Shown here piece after piece: positions 18,446 through 30,200 of a DNA stretch of 64,000 nt. A model generated the notes under the pieces. It was not told the DNA's origin. It made no database searches and saw nothing but the letters and a program-made list of their open reading frames with translations. Both the position numbers and the translations under genes were made by a program. The first letter of the stretch is position 1, and every line of letters starts with the position of its first letter. Location of the stretch: the IMG/VR virus record IMGVR_UViG_3300049491_000419, positions 1 through 64,000 of that record, one strand, 5' to 3'. This DNA is from a virus.

Positions 18446-18801
18446 TCATCATCCTTTATGTCTAGGATTGATTTTACATTACGTGCTTTTCTAACTTGTT
18501 GATATTCTTGCAAGTAATCATTTGCAACTTCAAAATATCTTGCTGTGACTTCTGTTAGGAAGTCGGGAACGCTTGCAATTTGCACAGGAACATTGTTCCT
18601 GTCAAACAATGTTGCTTGTGACATGCCAGTTCTATTTAGATAATCAAGGAAGCAAATTAGTTCTTGCGTAACTTGAAAGCTTCCCCCATTCTTTGCAAGG
18701 ATAAGCAGACCCTCGGTCTTTGCTTTCATCCTGTGTAATTGGGTGTTTAGAGTTTGCCTGTAGTTTGCAAACTCAAGAGCCTTAGTTAACCTTTCATCCA
18801 T
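18442..18801 (-). CDS. hypothetical protein, first gene of the modification operon
   Basis: GGAGG RBS and late promoter upstream. Confidence 0.75.
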   Translation of the reverse strand: MDERLTKALEFANYRQTLNTQLHRMKAKTEGLLILAKNGGSFQVTQELICFLDYLNRTGMSQATLFDRNNVPVQIASVPDFLTEVTARYFEVANDYLQEYQQVRKARNVKSILDIKDDE

Positions 18802-18803
18802 AG

Positions 18804-18850
18804 AAAAACCTCCGTTACGCTATTTATCTACAGCTTTAACGGAGGTTTTT
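18804..18850 (-). promoter_or_regulatory. 14-bp inverted repeat (terminator-like) with a late promoter in the loop and the RBS in the 3' arm
   Basis: AAAAACCTCCGTTA-[..AGATAAATA..]-TAACGGAGGTTTTT-CT-ATG. Confidence 0.8.
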
Positions 18851-18862
18851 AGTTATGAACTT

Positions 18863-19786
18863 TTACGTTGCTAGGTATCCGTTATTGATGATTGTAACGG
18901 TTCCCGGGTAAACAATTGCGCCGGATGACTTAAGATTGTCAACACGGAATGTTGTTGTTGATGTCTTTACATCTGGAGTTGGATCGGCATCAGTCATGAT
19001 AACTCGGAAATCAACAAGTCCGTTTGTTCCAGCCGCTGCATTGAGTTTTGCCTGAAGTGTGATAGAACTATTTACATAGTAATATCCACTACCAAATGTC
19101 TTAAAGTAAACATTCTGGTATGATGTTGTCAATCCATAGAAACCAATACCGGTACCGCCCGAACCAGAGTTAGGACTGGTTGATGCATACAAGAAAGATA
19201 GCGGACTCATTGTAGCAAACATAGAAATCCATTGTGCATCTTCGGGTGTTGTATTCGGAGTATAGGTTCCGTTTAGTCTTAGACTACCACCGGAGTTGAA
19301 GAAATACCTAGCATTGTTCCAGCTGCCGAAATCGGCCTGATAGTGCCAAGTTAATGTATTTGTCCAGTTCGGTACGCTCTGCGGATAAGATGTTCCAGCA
19401 GTTAGAAAACTCTGACCCGGGGCCAATGCAAATCGGTTTGTTCTTAGAACTGAAACAATTGATGCAAGCGTTGATGGAGTATTATACGCAGTAATAGAAT
19501 TACCTGCAACAGGATTTGGTCCTGGAACAGGAGGGCTTACCGGAGTACCTTGGTGTGTACCGCAGTTTCTCATGGAGTTGTACAATGCAGCCCATTCGGA
19601 TGCCAGAACTGAATTACCGGCAACAACCGATGTTAATGCCGGCGTCTGCCCGTATCCATATGCTGCGGTGGGTAAAGTTGTTGCGCCCGGATACAGGTCT
19701 GCAAATACTTCGTTCATGCTGGCAGCTAACGTCGAAAACGTATTGTAATCTGTTGCCTGAACATTTCCGCCGGTGATGTAAGTCAT
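18863..19786 (-). CDS. virion structural protein (tail/baseplate associated)
   Basis: Gly/Thr/Ser-rich; GYGQ, ARYFFNSGG motifs; located in the tail gene block. Confidence 0.65.
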   Translation of the reverse strand: MTYITGGNVQATDYNTFSTLAASMNEVFADLYPGATTLPTAAYGYGQTPALTSVVAGNSVLASEWAALYNSMRNCGTHQGTPVSPPVPGPNPVAGNSITAYNTPSTLASIVSVLRTNRFALAPGQSFLTAGTSYPQSVPNWTNTLTWHYQADFGSWNNARYFFNSGGSLRLNGTYTPNTTPEDAQWISMFATMSPLSFLYASTSPNSGSGGTGIGFYGLTTSYQNVYFKTFGSGYYYVNSSITLQAKLNAAAGTNGLVDFRVIMTDADPTPDVKTSTTTFRVDNLKSSGAIVYPGTVTIINNGYLAT

Positions 19787-19805
19787 CTGTTATCCCCTTT
19801 GCAGA

Positions 19806-20258
19806 TTAGCTGTATACTGCTGGGAATACTTGTTGCCACGCACCATTAGCCCAGATATTGATTCTGGTAGGACCTGTTAGAACTTGAATGTCTCCATCGC
19901 CTGGAGAGACAGGATTCAGTACAGGAATCTTTCTCCAGTTAGTTGCCAAATTATCTGCACCCGAAATGCCCGGTGTAACTCTAACGTACAAGGTCGACAG
20001 TGTCTTGTCGTACCAAAGTTGGCCTTGTAGTGCCTTTGCACCAACTGGCTGAGTACCAGTTGCACTTGAGAAGTTTTCTGTTAGTTGCAGGAAGGATTGA
20101 GCCACAGCAGCACCGTAGTCAATCGCATTTCTGCCAATAAGCTGAATACCCATGCCCAGGCCGGTGCTACCACCAGTTGGATTGTAGAAGTCTGTATCAA
20201 TTGCGTTATCTGCAACTGAGACTGACGTTCCGTCTGCTTTATGAATTAAGTATGCCAT
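19806..20258 (-). CDS. virion structural protein (baseplate wedge/fibre-base domain)
   Basis: MAY.I...G, LIGRN..YG....Q.F..L.ENF, GQLWYD. Confidence 0.7.
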   Translation of the reverse strand: MAYLIHKADGTSVSVADNAIDTDFYNPTGGSTGLGMGIQLIGRNAIDYGAAVAQSFLQLTENFSSATGTQPVGAKALQGQLWYDKTLSTLYVRVTPGISGADNLATNWRKIPVLNPVSPGDGDIQVLTGPTRINIWANGAWQQVFPAVYS

Positions 20259-20289
20259 GTGAGCTAAATTCCTTAGTTTTTGTTATTTA

Positions 20290-21066
20290 TCAAGATACGC
20301 CCATTTGAATACGGAGAGTATAGATGATCTCAAGAGATCTGTTCGCTGATTTCTGGACAGGGTGAAAAATAACGTGTGTGAGCATTAACTTTGACTTTGC
20401 TCCTGGTGAATTTGAAAAGTTCGGAGTTTGTATGATAAAGTTATCAACATCTGTAATTGTTTGAGTGAAACCACCACTAAACAAATTATCAGATCCTGCA
20501 AATAAACCAATCTCGTTGAATACCAATGTATTGGGATCAAATGCTGTTGCCGTACCATCGTTTGTTGTAATACTTGTTCCGACAAAATTTGAATTGTCAA
20601 GTACAAGCTGAGTTACATTTGAGGATGATGTAATTCCGACTGGCGGTTCTGTGTAACCAATTGTCACATCGACAATAATGTCTTCGTAATTAGTTGCATA
20701 GTTTTCAGATGGAATATAAGCACGAGATAGCGGATCATAACTTGGAGTATCAGTAGCATCATTAGAAAGTTTCTTAACGTACACTGTGTTATATAAGTTG
20801 GCGGTTGGATTCTTAATCAAGCTGCCAGCGCCGCCCAAGGATGGCTTATATGAAATGGTACCTGTTGGTCCAACGTATGCACCACCGTTACCGAACGCCA
20901 TGTAATACAAGAAGCTATCTGCATTGCCGATTAGTGCGTGTGCAAGGGCAACAGACATATTACCGTATAGAACATCATTATGAGTATCAACTAATACTTC
21001 ACCTGTGTCCTTATCGATAATCTTTACGAAGCCCTGTATAGAGCCACGGATTAAGTCTTTCAACAT
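20290..21066 (-). CDS. baseplate/tail structural protein
   Basis: MAFGNGG, FNEIGL, THVIFHPVQKS.NR. Confidence 0.7.
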   Translation of the reverse strand: MLKDLIRGSIQGFVKIIDKDTGEVLVDTHNDVLYGNMSVALAHALIGNADSFLYYMAFGNGGAYVGPTGTISYKPSLGGAGSLIKNPTANLYNTVYVKKLSNDATDTPSYDPLSRAYIPSENYATNYEDIIVDVTIGYTEPPVGITSSSNVTQLVLDNSNFVGTSITTNDGTATAFDPNTLVFNEIGLFAGSDNLFSGGFTQTITDVDNFIIQTPNFSNSPGAKSKLMLTHVIFHPVQKSANRSLEIIYTLRIQMGVS

Positions 21067-21067
21067 C

Positions 21068-21211
21068 TTATCCCCTCTTGTTCACTAGCACTTCGCCAGT
21101 ATCTTTATCTTTTATAAGCAAGTGGCATTGAACCTCCATTCTTGCTACATCAACAAAGCTAGGCTCTTTTGGAGGCTCGAGCTTTTTGTCTTCATTTTCT
21201 TTATTTATCAC
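21068..21211 (-). CDS. 47-aa protein resembling the N-terminus of the downstream gene (not in ORF track)
   Basis: ...HLLIKDKDTGEVLVNKRG* versus FVKIIDKDTGEVLVDTHN; start uncertain. Confidence 0.6.
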   Translation of the reverse strand: MINKENEDKKLEPPKEPSFVDVARMEVQCHLLIKDKDTGEVLVNKRG

Positions 21212-21233
21212 AATAATTATCTACCTATATTAT

Positions 21234-24200
21234 TTAGGGAATACTCTTACCTTCTTTAGACTTTAGGAAGTTAGCTTCAGGGGTGTATGAATACCATAAA
21301 CCACCAACTGGAACATTTGTAACGCTTGTGTACACGCTAGGTGCCTGAATTGTTGACAAATCAGGAATTCCTGGCAATGTATCGACGTTCCAAACTTCTT
21401 CATTTGGGAGTCCTGGAATGTAATTAAATTTCTCTATCCATACCTTATTTGGAACATAAACAGGTGGATCAACAAGAATTGTTTGACCACCTGGGCCTGT
21501 ATTTACTTCATCAACCTCTGGTACCAGCGCCAAATGTTCTGCAGGTGCTGTGCCCATTGTTCCGCGACGAACAAGTCTCAATTCCCATGTGTTGATAGCA
21601 ATAATTTGTTTGTCTTTGTATTCAATTCTTTCACCATTAATCCAAATAACACCAGGTAGTTCGCCCGGGTTAGGAAGAATATCGGCTGCTGCGGTAACTG
21701 TGATTACATCAATGTTATCCTGAAGCAATGATGGTGCAGGCAAGTCAATTGCAAGGTCGCCGGCATACTCAAATGCATTTCTGGTAAAGTTAGCACCATC
21801 ATATGCGTTTGTATTTTCTCTAGAGCTGATTGTGTTAGGGAACAATTCCAATACAAGAGTTGCATCCCATGGGACTGAATCATCACCACCGGCATCAATT
21901 AGGATCTGTGCAACAGGATCAGGAACAGTATCCCACACATCTCCGTATAATACATACGGTGTTGGAATACCTGTTGAAATGTCCACAGGCAGCTTAGTAT
22001 CAACGTTGATAACTAGATCATCTGTTGCTGTACCAGCAGCGAGTTCATTCCTGTATCCATTGATAAAGGAGTTCTGAATTGGACCGCCGTCGAGCCACAC
22101 AAAGACTGCCAATATTGTGTAGATACCGGGATCATTAAAGAAGTAGATAGTATAGTTTTCATCTATCTCGTTATATTCAACATAGTAATCTTGTCCGTAA
22201 TACAATGTATCACTGTCAGCCTTAACTGCCACAATATTGTATGGTGTAATAAACGTTTGTGGATTATCAAGGTTAATACTGTTGAAATCAAATGTGTACG
22301 GGAACAACTGCGAATAACCAACCTTAGTTGCATCGAAGAAAGTCAATGGTACTTGAATTGTATTTTCATCAAATCCTGGCCACGGACTAAATCCCGGATT
22401 GTAAGTTGGTGTTACAGCATTGCGAGAGATATATTGATTAATGATTAATGAAATATTTGTAATATCCCACGGCATAGTAATATCAAGCGAGGCACCGACC
22501 AGTGGTACTAGGACAGGTGGATTAACCAAAGGAATTGTAGCAACGGTAAATGTTGTTAGACTGTTAACTGCCACAATGAACGTCATTGAGTCTAAGATTC
22601 CAATACCGCCTGTAACTGCAACTCTCATACCAGCATACAGACCTGTGGTGTCTGAAATGGTAATAACATTTCCGGATGACGATGCTCCGACAAATTGTGC
22701 TAAGAAGTCCCAAGGAATGCTGTACGGACCCTGATGGAAGTCCCAGCCAATCATTGGATCGAAGGCCGGCGAATTTGCATAAGGATCAATATCTTCAGCA
22801 CCACTTGGACCAAATTGCAATTTGATAACCCATTTGAAGAAATCAGACGCTGTACCCGGTGCGATATCGGTTGTGTAATATGTGCTTGAGTAATCACGGA
22901 TCTGTGTGTGATATGGTTTCACATCTGTGATGTAATCGATAATATTTCCGATCTGGTCGGGAATAAACAACTGATCTTGTGTCAATGGTAAATTATCTTC
23001 CTTGATGAAGATGTACGATGATTTGAAGACCCAATTTGGATTCTTCTGTTCACTTACAACATAATTCAGCAACGAGAAGAACAATTCATTTTGATCAACA
23101 ACGTATGCATCAATCATGACTTGGGTTCTAAATGCATTCAACAATTCTCTTAGTTCAACTGACAATCCGTATTTGTTACGTGAAGTAAAGATTGTGTCGA
23201 GTAACTTGATTGCACTATTTTCGATTGCAACTTCGTTCAAACTTAGTGTTGGAACGTTTGGATTCAATTGTACCACAGCGTATAGAACATAACGGCCATC
23301 AATGGTTCCATCTACAACTTGTAGAATTGTTCCCTTGGTCAATTGTCCTGCAACTAGGGCAATGTTGGCATCTGCTAGGGTTTGATAGACAACTGTTGGT
23401 ACAGCATCTTCGTATCCTAATTCATACCAATTTGTGTATGTCCAATAATCATCTGTTGCTACATCAGCATTCCAGCTTGGATTGTTATCCCTAATAGGAA
23501 TATGCTTTAGCAATTCATTGCCTGCTTGTACAAAGATTTTTCTTGCTGAGTAAAGCTTAACAAACATGCCCTGGCGTGGGCGATATGTAATACCGTACTT
23601 CTCGGACTCACTAAGTGTTGGGTCAGGTACAGGTAAAATTTCGCCGTATTCTGGTGAAGTAAGCGGTGTAGCATCATCCCACGGTGCAACGTCCCAGCCA
23701 TAGATGTCCCATGGCAAGAAGTTAGCCACAACGATGCCATCACTGAATTCTCCAGTGACCGGAAGTACCTTTGTATATCCGCACAAGCTATCAACCATCT
23801 TGTTCCAGAACTGATCCGTAACTAGGGAGTTAGGGTCACCTTCTCGGAAGAATGCCCATTGTGCGTGCTCTTGGTCATCGCGTTCCGAGATTCTATATTG
23901 TACCTGAATGTTGTCGCCTTGGTATGCAAGAATTTCTTGCACGTTATAGAACATGTAAGAATTGTTGGTAGCAGTCTGTTGAACTGGGCTAAAGAATGCA
24001 AATCCTTGTCTCTTAGGACTTTGCAGTAATCTCCCAACCTCAAGGGCAGGCAATGTTCTATTTTCAACATTTGGCAAATCTGTAGCACCAAGTACCCAGA
24101 AATAATATTTGATTTCAGTTACACTTGTGAACCTATTTGAAGTTTCAAGCTGAACATATGATGTGACATCTCTAGGTACGCCGGTGCCTGTATATTGTTC

Positions 24201-27200
24201 CGGCGGAACATCACTCTGTACCCATTCGTAGATATCAATAGTCGAACCCGGGAAGATTTGCGCCCAGCGGTCACGCCTGTAAACTAAGTTATCAACTTCC
24301 GTTTCGCTGCCATCAAGGGCAATAGGTTGTTCGTAATAAACAAATCTTGTGCTTGATAGATCCCACCATAGTTGTCCAACCTGGGCTACACCGAATGTAA
24401 TATTTTCACTAAACAATCTTGTATCACCGGAGACATTGTATCTTGCTGGATCCTGTAAAGATAGATATTTCAGATTCTGTTTTGCAGGTCCCGGTAGAAT
24501 GAACTTGAATGGATCATAGATTGGCAACTGAACTAATTCAGTTCCAGCAGTGTTGAACACACTAGCACTTTCAAATAGGTGCGTGTTGATTAATGGCTCT
24601 TGTACTCTAAACGGATTCAAATATAATGGTCCGGTAACGTCCCAACCATAATTTGGACTCCAGAAATCAATAATCTCTGGATCCCATATTGCAATGTCCC
24701 AGAAACCAGGATCAGCCTGAATATTAAATACTGTCCATTTTTCATCAACATCGTCGATCCAGATGTTATCACCAATGCCAACATATGTTGGTAGATATGG
24801 TTCAGCAGGAACATTGTGCCAACGCATTATCTTGAACAGAAGTAATGTATTAAGATCTTCATAGTTGGCCATATCTGTAGCAGCAATTGGATTGCCATCA
24901 ACAGTGACTAATGAGTATGCATTATAATTAACCAAGTCGGTTGGGTTTAGATATAGACCGGGAACAGCATAATCTTCTGTTGAGTATGGAATAAATCCCA
25001 CAGTTTGATTATTATCGCCAATAATAACATTATCTGTTACTTGTTGTAGAACAAGAAGATTTCCGAAATCATTTCGGTTACTACCAATTGCCTCAGTCCA
25101 TAATTGCGGAACAATTGTTACATTATCAGCCGGTACCAATGAATAGTTTGTTAATAGGAGCAGATTGCCAGCTTCATCAGTAACTACTTTCCATGTTAAT
25201 GGATCCATAGGTGCCGGCATGATATTCATTAACTTATAAACACACCAATCTTCGGTGAATGTTTTAGCGACCCAGATTGTGTCAAACATACCTGGATTAA
25301 GGGCAACAGATCCCCATAATGCTATTGTCTGAGTAACATCAAACACGCTGAAATCGACATCGTTGAAATTTACATAACCGGCATTAGGAATTGGATAATC
25401 TATAATGTTTGTTAATGGGAATTCGAGTGCAACAGACGGGTCCGTAGGACGAACTACCCACACATCTGTTTCATCAATGTCAATGTTGACAATGTTGTCG
25501 AGTGTAGGATCACTAATGATTTCACCCTGCCATACACTGTAAAGCTTGTCAAGGTTATGCGGTTCGGCACCAGAGTCAATGCTTACAAGAGGTGCCTCTA
25601 GGTAACCGATGCCCGGGTCTGTAATGTCAACACGTGAAATTCTATTTGTTGAATCTAGTACAACATAGGCACGGCAAATTCTCGTTGCGAGAACCACAGT
25701 CCAGTTAGCAGCAATAAATGCAGTTGATGATTGTGTCCAGCCAATTGGAGTAACACCAATTGTAATTGGTGGTTGTGTTGTTTGTACCCATGTAGTATCA
25801 GTACCCAACAACCCCTCTTGTACAAAAGCAGTCAGCCCAGTAAGTTCAAGACTTGTATCAGCATATAGAGAGCGTGTCCAGGCACCTGCACGAACAACAT
25901 AAATGCCATTCTGTGATTGTGTTGTTTGATTCTTAACAAGAACGCGATCACCCACAACAACTGCAACACCGTCGATAACCTGTGGGCCAGCCAGAACAAT
26001 GTTTGCTGTAGTTGCTGCACGAACAGTTATCTGAAGTACATTGCTAGAATAGTAAACTGGATTTCCAAATTGATCTGGATACTTTACAACGTTTCCAACT
26101 TGGTAAGTTAGTTCTGAAGAGAAGTCCGACCATGCAACATCTGGTTCAGCATCCGGTAACGGGAATACCAATTTCGGAATGTTGATGTAAGTATTTTCAG
26201 CATTTAGAATATTAATTTGCCTTACAAAACCAATCGTTGATGGGACAAAATTCAAACGTGCAACAATAACTTCGCCAGTGTTCTGTTCCGGAATCAATCT
26301 AAACTCAGTCGATACCTGTTCAATTGTATTACCGAAGTCGCCGAGCTTAAGAGCCCATTCTTCGTATACCTTAATGATTTCGTTGCTCTGTACCTTGGTA
26401 GATCTGAACAACTTTTCAAAGGCTTGCTTTGTACCCTTCTGACGAATTGCACCTTGATAGAATAGATACTGAACATCATTGGAGACAGATAGGTTGTCGA
26501 GGTAACCCTTGCTCTCGTAACCAATTAGGTGACGACCAAGATCTTCAAGGCTCGGGTTATCAATGGTTACGTTAGGATCGTAGAAGTAACGCATGGACTC
26601 AACGATTGTGTCGTAGTTAGGAACAAGTTGATCATCGATAATCAAATATCCCGGAGCTTCCATCTTACCGTACCAGCCGTTGCTGCGGAATCCATTGAAG
26701 CGAAGACGTTGCTGTCTTGCACGCAGAAGTGGATCGTAAAGCACGTCGCTGAAATTTGTAACATTATCGAAGATCAGAATGTGTTCAGTTTCAGCTGCAT
26801 TAATCTGGATAAAGAAAATACCACCTGTTGATAGATCTGTAGGAGCAACGGAAATCATTGGTCCTTCTCTATCCGTAGATGTATTGTTTGGAGCAATTGC
26901 TACTCCAAACTTATCTAGAATACTGTATACGCCATTGGAGAGTGATTCCACATCGTTCGGGTAACCACGCTTCACAATTAGTGTCGCTGTGTTGGCAAGT
27001 GGGCTCAACTGAATGGATGCATCAGGTGCCCAGTTTGTATTCAGCCAGAACAAAAACTGTTTAGCAGAAGACAGCCAGTCATTTAGAATATTTGTATCTT
27101 GATTTACTTCAGTGAACTGCCATCCTTGCTTTTCAAGGTAGGCGCCCCATCCGATCATAAGATCGAAAACTTCTTGTGCATTCTTAAGGATAGAACCGTA

Positions 27201-30200
27201 AGGATATTTTGTAGTTGTTTCTAACGAAATTGGTTTGTAGGTAACAGTTATGCCACCCTCTGTTGGCAAGCCTTTAAGCTTCTGCCAGTCTGTAGCGATA
27301 AATTTAGAAACAGTTTGGGTTGCTAGACTTTCGTAGTATACACCGTTGTATCTAACAATTTCTCCCTGGTTGTAAGTTGCGCCAACTTCGAAGTATCTAA
27401 ACTCTGCGGGTGTGCCGCCAACAGAAACTTCAACAGTCTTTTCATTTGCTCTGTCTAGAGTGATGAATTCCGCATTGAACAAATCGTAACCGTAGACAAC
27501 AAATGTACCATCGGCTAGTGCTCGAACAATAACACCGCTGTATGAATAGGTATCGACAACCGGGCTCTTATGTAGGAATACATCAAAGTTTGTTGACGGA
27601 ATGATTAGGGTGTTGGTATTTGCACCAGGTGATACTGATGAAATATAAGTGTTGGTTGTGTCCTTGTTAATGAAACCCGCAACCTTGTTTGCAAGATTGA
27701 CATCAAGTGTTCTGATTTTCTGTCCAAAGGTGTCGGCAATATTTTTTCCTAGGAAAAGAATTCTATCACTGATCCAGCACTGATATCCAAATCTAACTTC
27801 GGTTACACTATCAACAATTTCGGCGTGAACATACTGATCCTTATTCTTTGGGCGGAACCATGCAAAGAACGGATCATCAAATGCGAATATATCATTCTGT
27901 ACATATTGCCAATTCTTGTTTGACATTACTGGGGTTGCAGATGCAGGTACAGTAATCATGCCAGGAGACAATTCGGTTCCTAGTGTGTCCCACAGAAGTT
28001 CACCAAATGGGCCTGGACGCATTAAATATAGGAATTCCTGTGCGCTGTATGCGTATGCAGAAGTAGACATCCAAGCTTGCTCAACTGGGGAACCATCGCC
28101 ATACACCCACGCATCATCGAAATGATCAAATGGTGCGTAAGGATTTCCACTGTAGGCTAGACCAAACAGTGTAATGATAGGAATAATTTCGCCGGCGCCA
28201 TCAACGGGAATCAATGAAGATAATCCCGGACGTACCCACATTTCCTGTGGTTGAACAATCTGGGTATCTGGGTTGTAAATTGCACACGGACCCTGACGGA
28301 TAATACCAGCCTCGAGATCGGTATACATGATGTGTAAGCCAGCAGAAGTTGAAGTCCACACTTCTTGGCCTGCAAGGTTTAGGACTGGAGGACCATACTC
28401 TGTCTCCCACCATTCTGGCTTTGTACTGAATCCCAACATTTCCCATGGGCGTGTATCTGGGTAATAGGTATCATAGTAATATTGGAAAATGCCTTTCCAG
28501 TTACCAGGCAAGTCAGTTTGACCACCTGTCGGAGTTACTGCGAGACGATAGTTATAAAGTTTCCACAACTGGTTAAGCGGAGTTGTCAGACTGGCAGTTG
28601 GCCAATCATTGACTCTGTAATTTGCTCTGTTCTTGGCAGACCACTTGTTTAGATATGACTCTGTAATCTCTAGATACTCATCACGTGAGTAACGAGTTTG
28701 TCTAAAGTATCCAGTCTTTACAGATTCAATACGTAGAGGAATATAGTATTCGTTACGATACTTTGTCTGCAAGAAGTTATAGATTCTTGTTTCAAGATCT
28801 AGAAGTAATTGATCTCTGTAATCACCGTAAGAAATTGTCTTTGAACCATCGTGCCCAATAACAACGTCAGTAGGAATTGCATATGTTGCGTCTAGTTCAA
28901 TTCTAGGAATATATGCACCCCACGCACCAACCTTTGTTGGTGTTGATGGAATATAGGTTGGCAACGGGTTCTTGTATAGGTAGACAAGAATATCTTTAAC
29001 ACCCACACCTAGGTTCAGCTGAATATCGATTGCAAGGTTTGTATTAACAATTTCGTAATCAACGCCAACAGTTAGAATTCGTTCTGTTGTTGGATTTGTA
29101 ACGTCGTAGAGGTATACAACATTTCGCGGATCTGTAAGGTCGACGTAGTTTGCAAGAGTAATTAATGTGTTACCCGGAACATTAAATGTTTCTGATGCAA
29201 ATGGTGTTCCTTGTGCTGCCATGAAGGAATACGCAAATGCATTTGAGAATTCCTTAGAGACATTGAGGATACGTAGGATTTCTCCAACCCATGCTGCAAT
29301 GTCAACAGTGCCAGTGAATACCTGTACAGGATCAAATCCTTGGTTGATTAATTGTAGAGCAGTTGTTAGGAACTTGTTCTTAAACTTCGTGTACTCATCG
29401 GAACTAAAGCGGACACCTTTGATAAAATCTAGATCGTCGGAAGACGATACAAGCATTGATTTTAGTGCAGGAGCAAGGTTTTGTAGAATATATAAACCGA
29501 CAGATCTATTCTTTAGGGAATCCCTGTAGTTGTTAATACCACCAAAGGATGATCCAGTAAAGCCTACTTGGTTTTCAATGATGGAGGCAAAGTGTTGAAT
29601 TAGATTACTTGCACTAATTTCAGAAACTTCAAGTTGTGTTGGGTTAGCCTCAAGCTGTTGAGGAATCTCAAAGTATCCCGGATAAGCCGGATCTAGCAAT
29701 CCTCTTGTATATGTTTGTGCCTCAACAACTGGTGGAATTGTTTGAGTTGTGGTTAACAAATTAGTTAGGTAAGCGGTAAGATCAATATAGATTCTGTTGT
29801 TTAGTTCGAAGAACTCAAACCCGCCAATTTCGTTTTTAATTTCAGTACCGTTGACATTGACGCTAATATCAGCATCAGTTTGAATTGCACCTCCACCGAG
29901 AATATAACCGTATGGTGTGACGCTTAGTCTAAAATTGAATTCGGACCCATAGCCAACAACATACTTGTCAATAACTCTTTGCTTGCTATAATTTGGGCAT
30001 GCACCGGCAGCAATAGCATCTTCGCCGAAGATAACCACATCACTGTTTAGGATTAGGCCGGTATTGAACGTGATTTGATTTGGGCCGGTTACTGTGAAGT
30101 TCTTTGTCGCACCCTCAAGTTGGTAGACGCCGTTAACAAATACTTGTAGGTATGAGTTTTCAGTTGTGCCTGCAAGTACAGGGAAGAGAGTAGTGAAGAC

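Noticed and set aside
10445-18801. DNA hypermodification cluster
   Set aside because: No thymidylate synthase/hydroxymethylase, nucleotide kinase or queuosine-pathway genes here, and the operon is under a late promoter; not excluded experimentally
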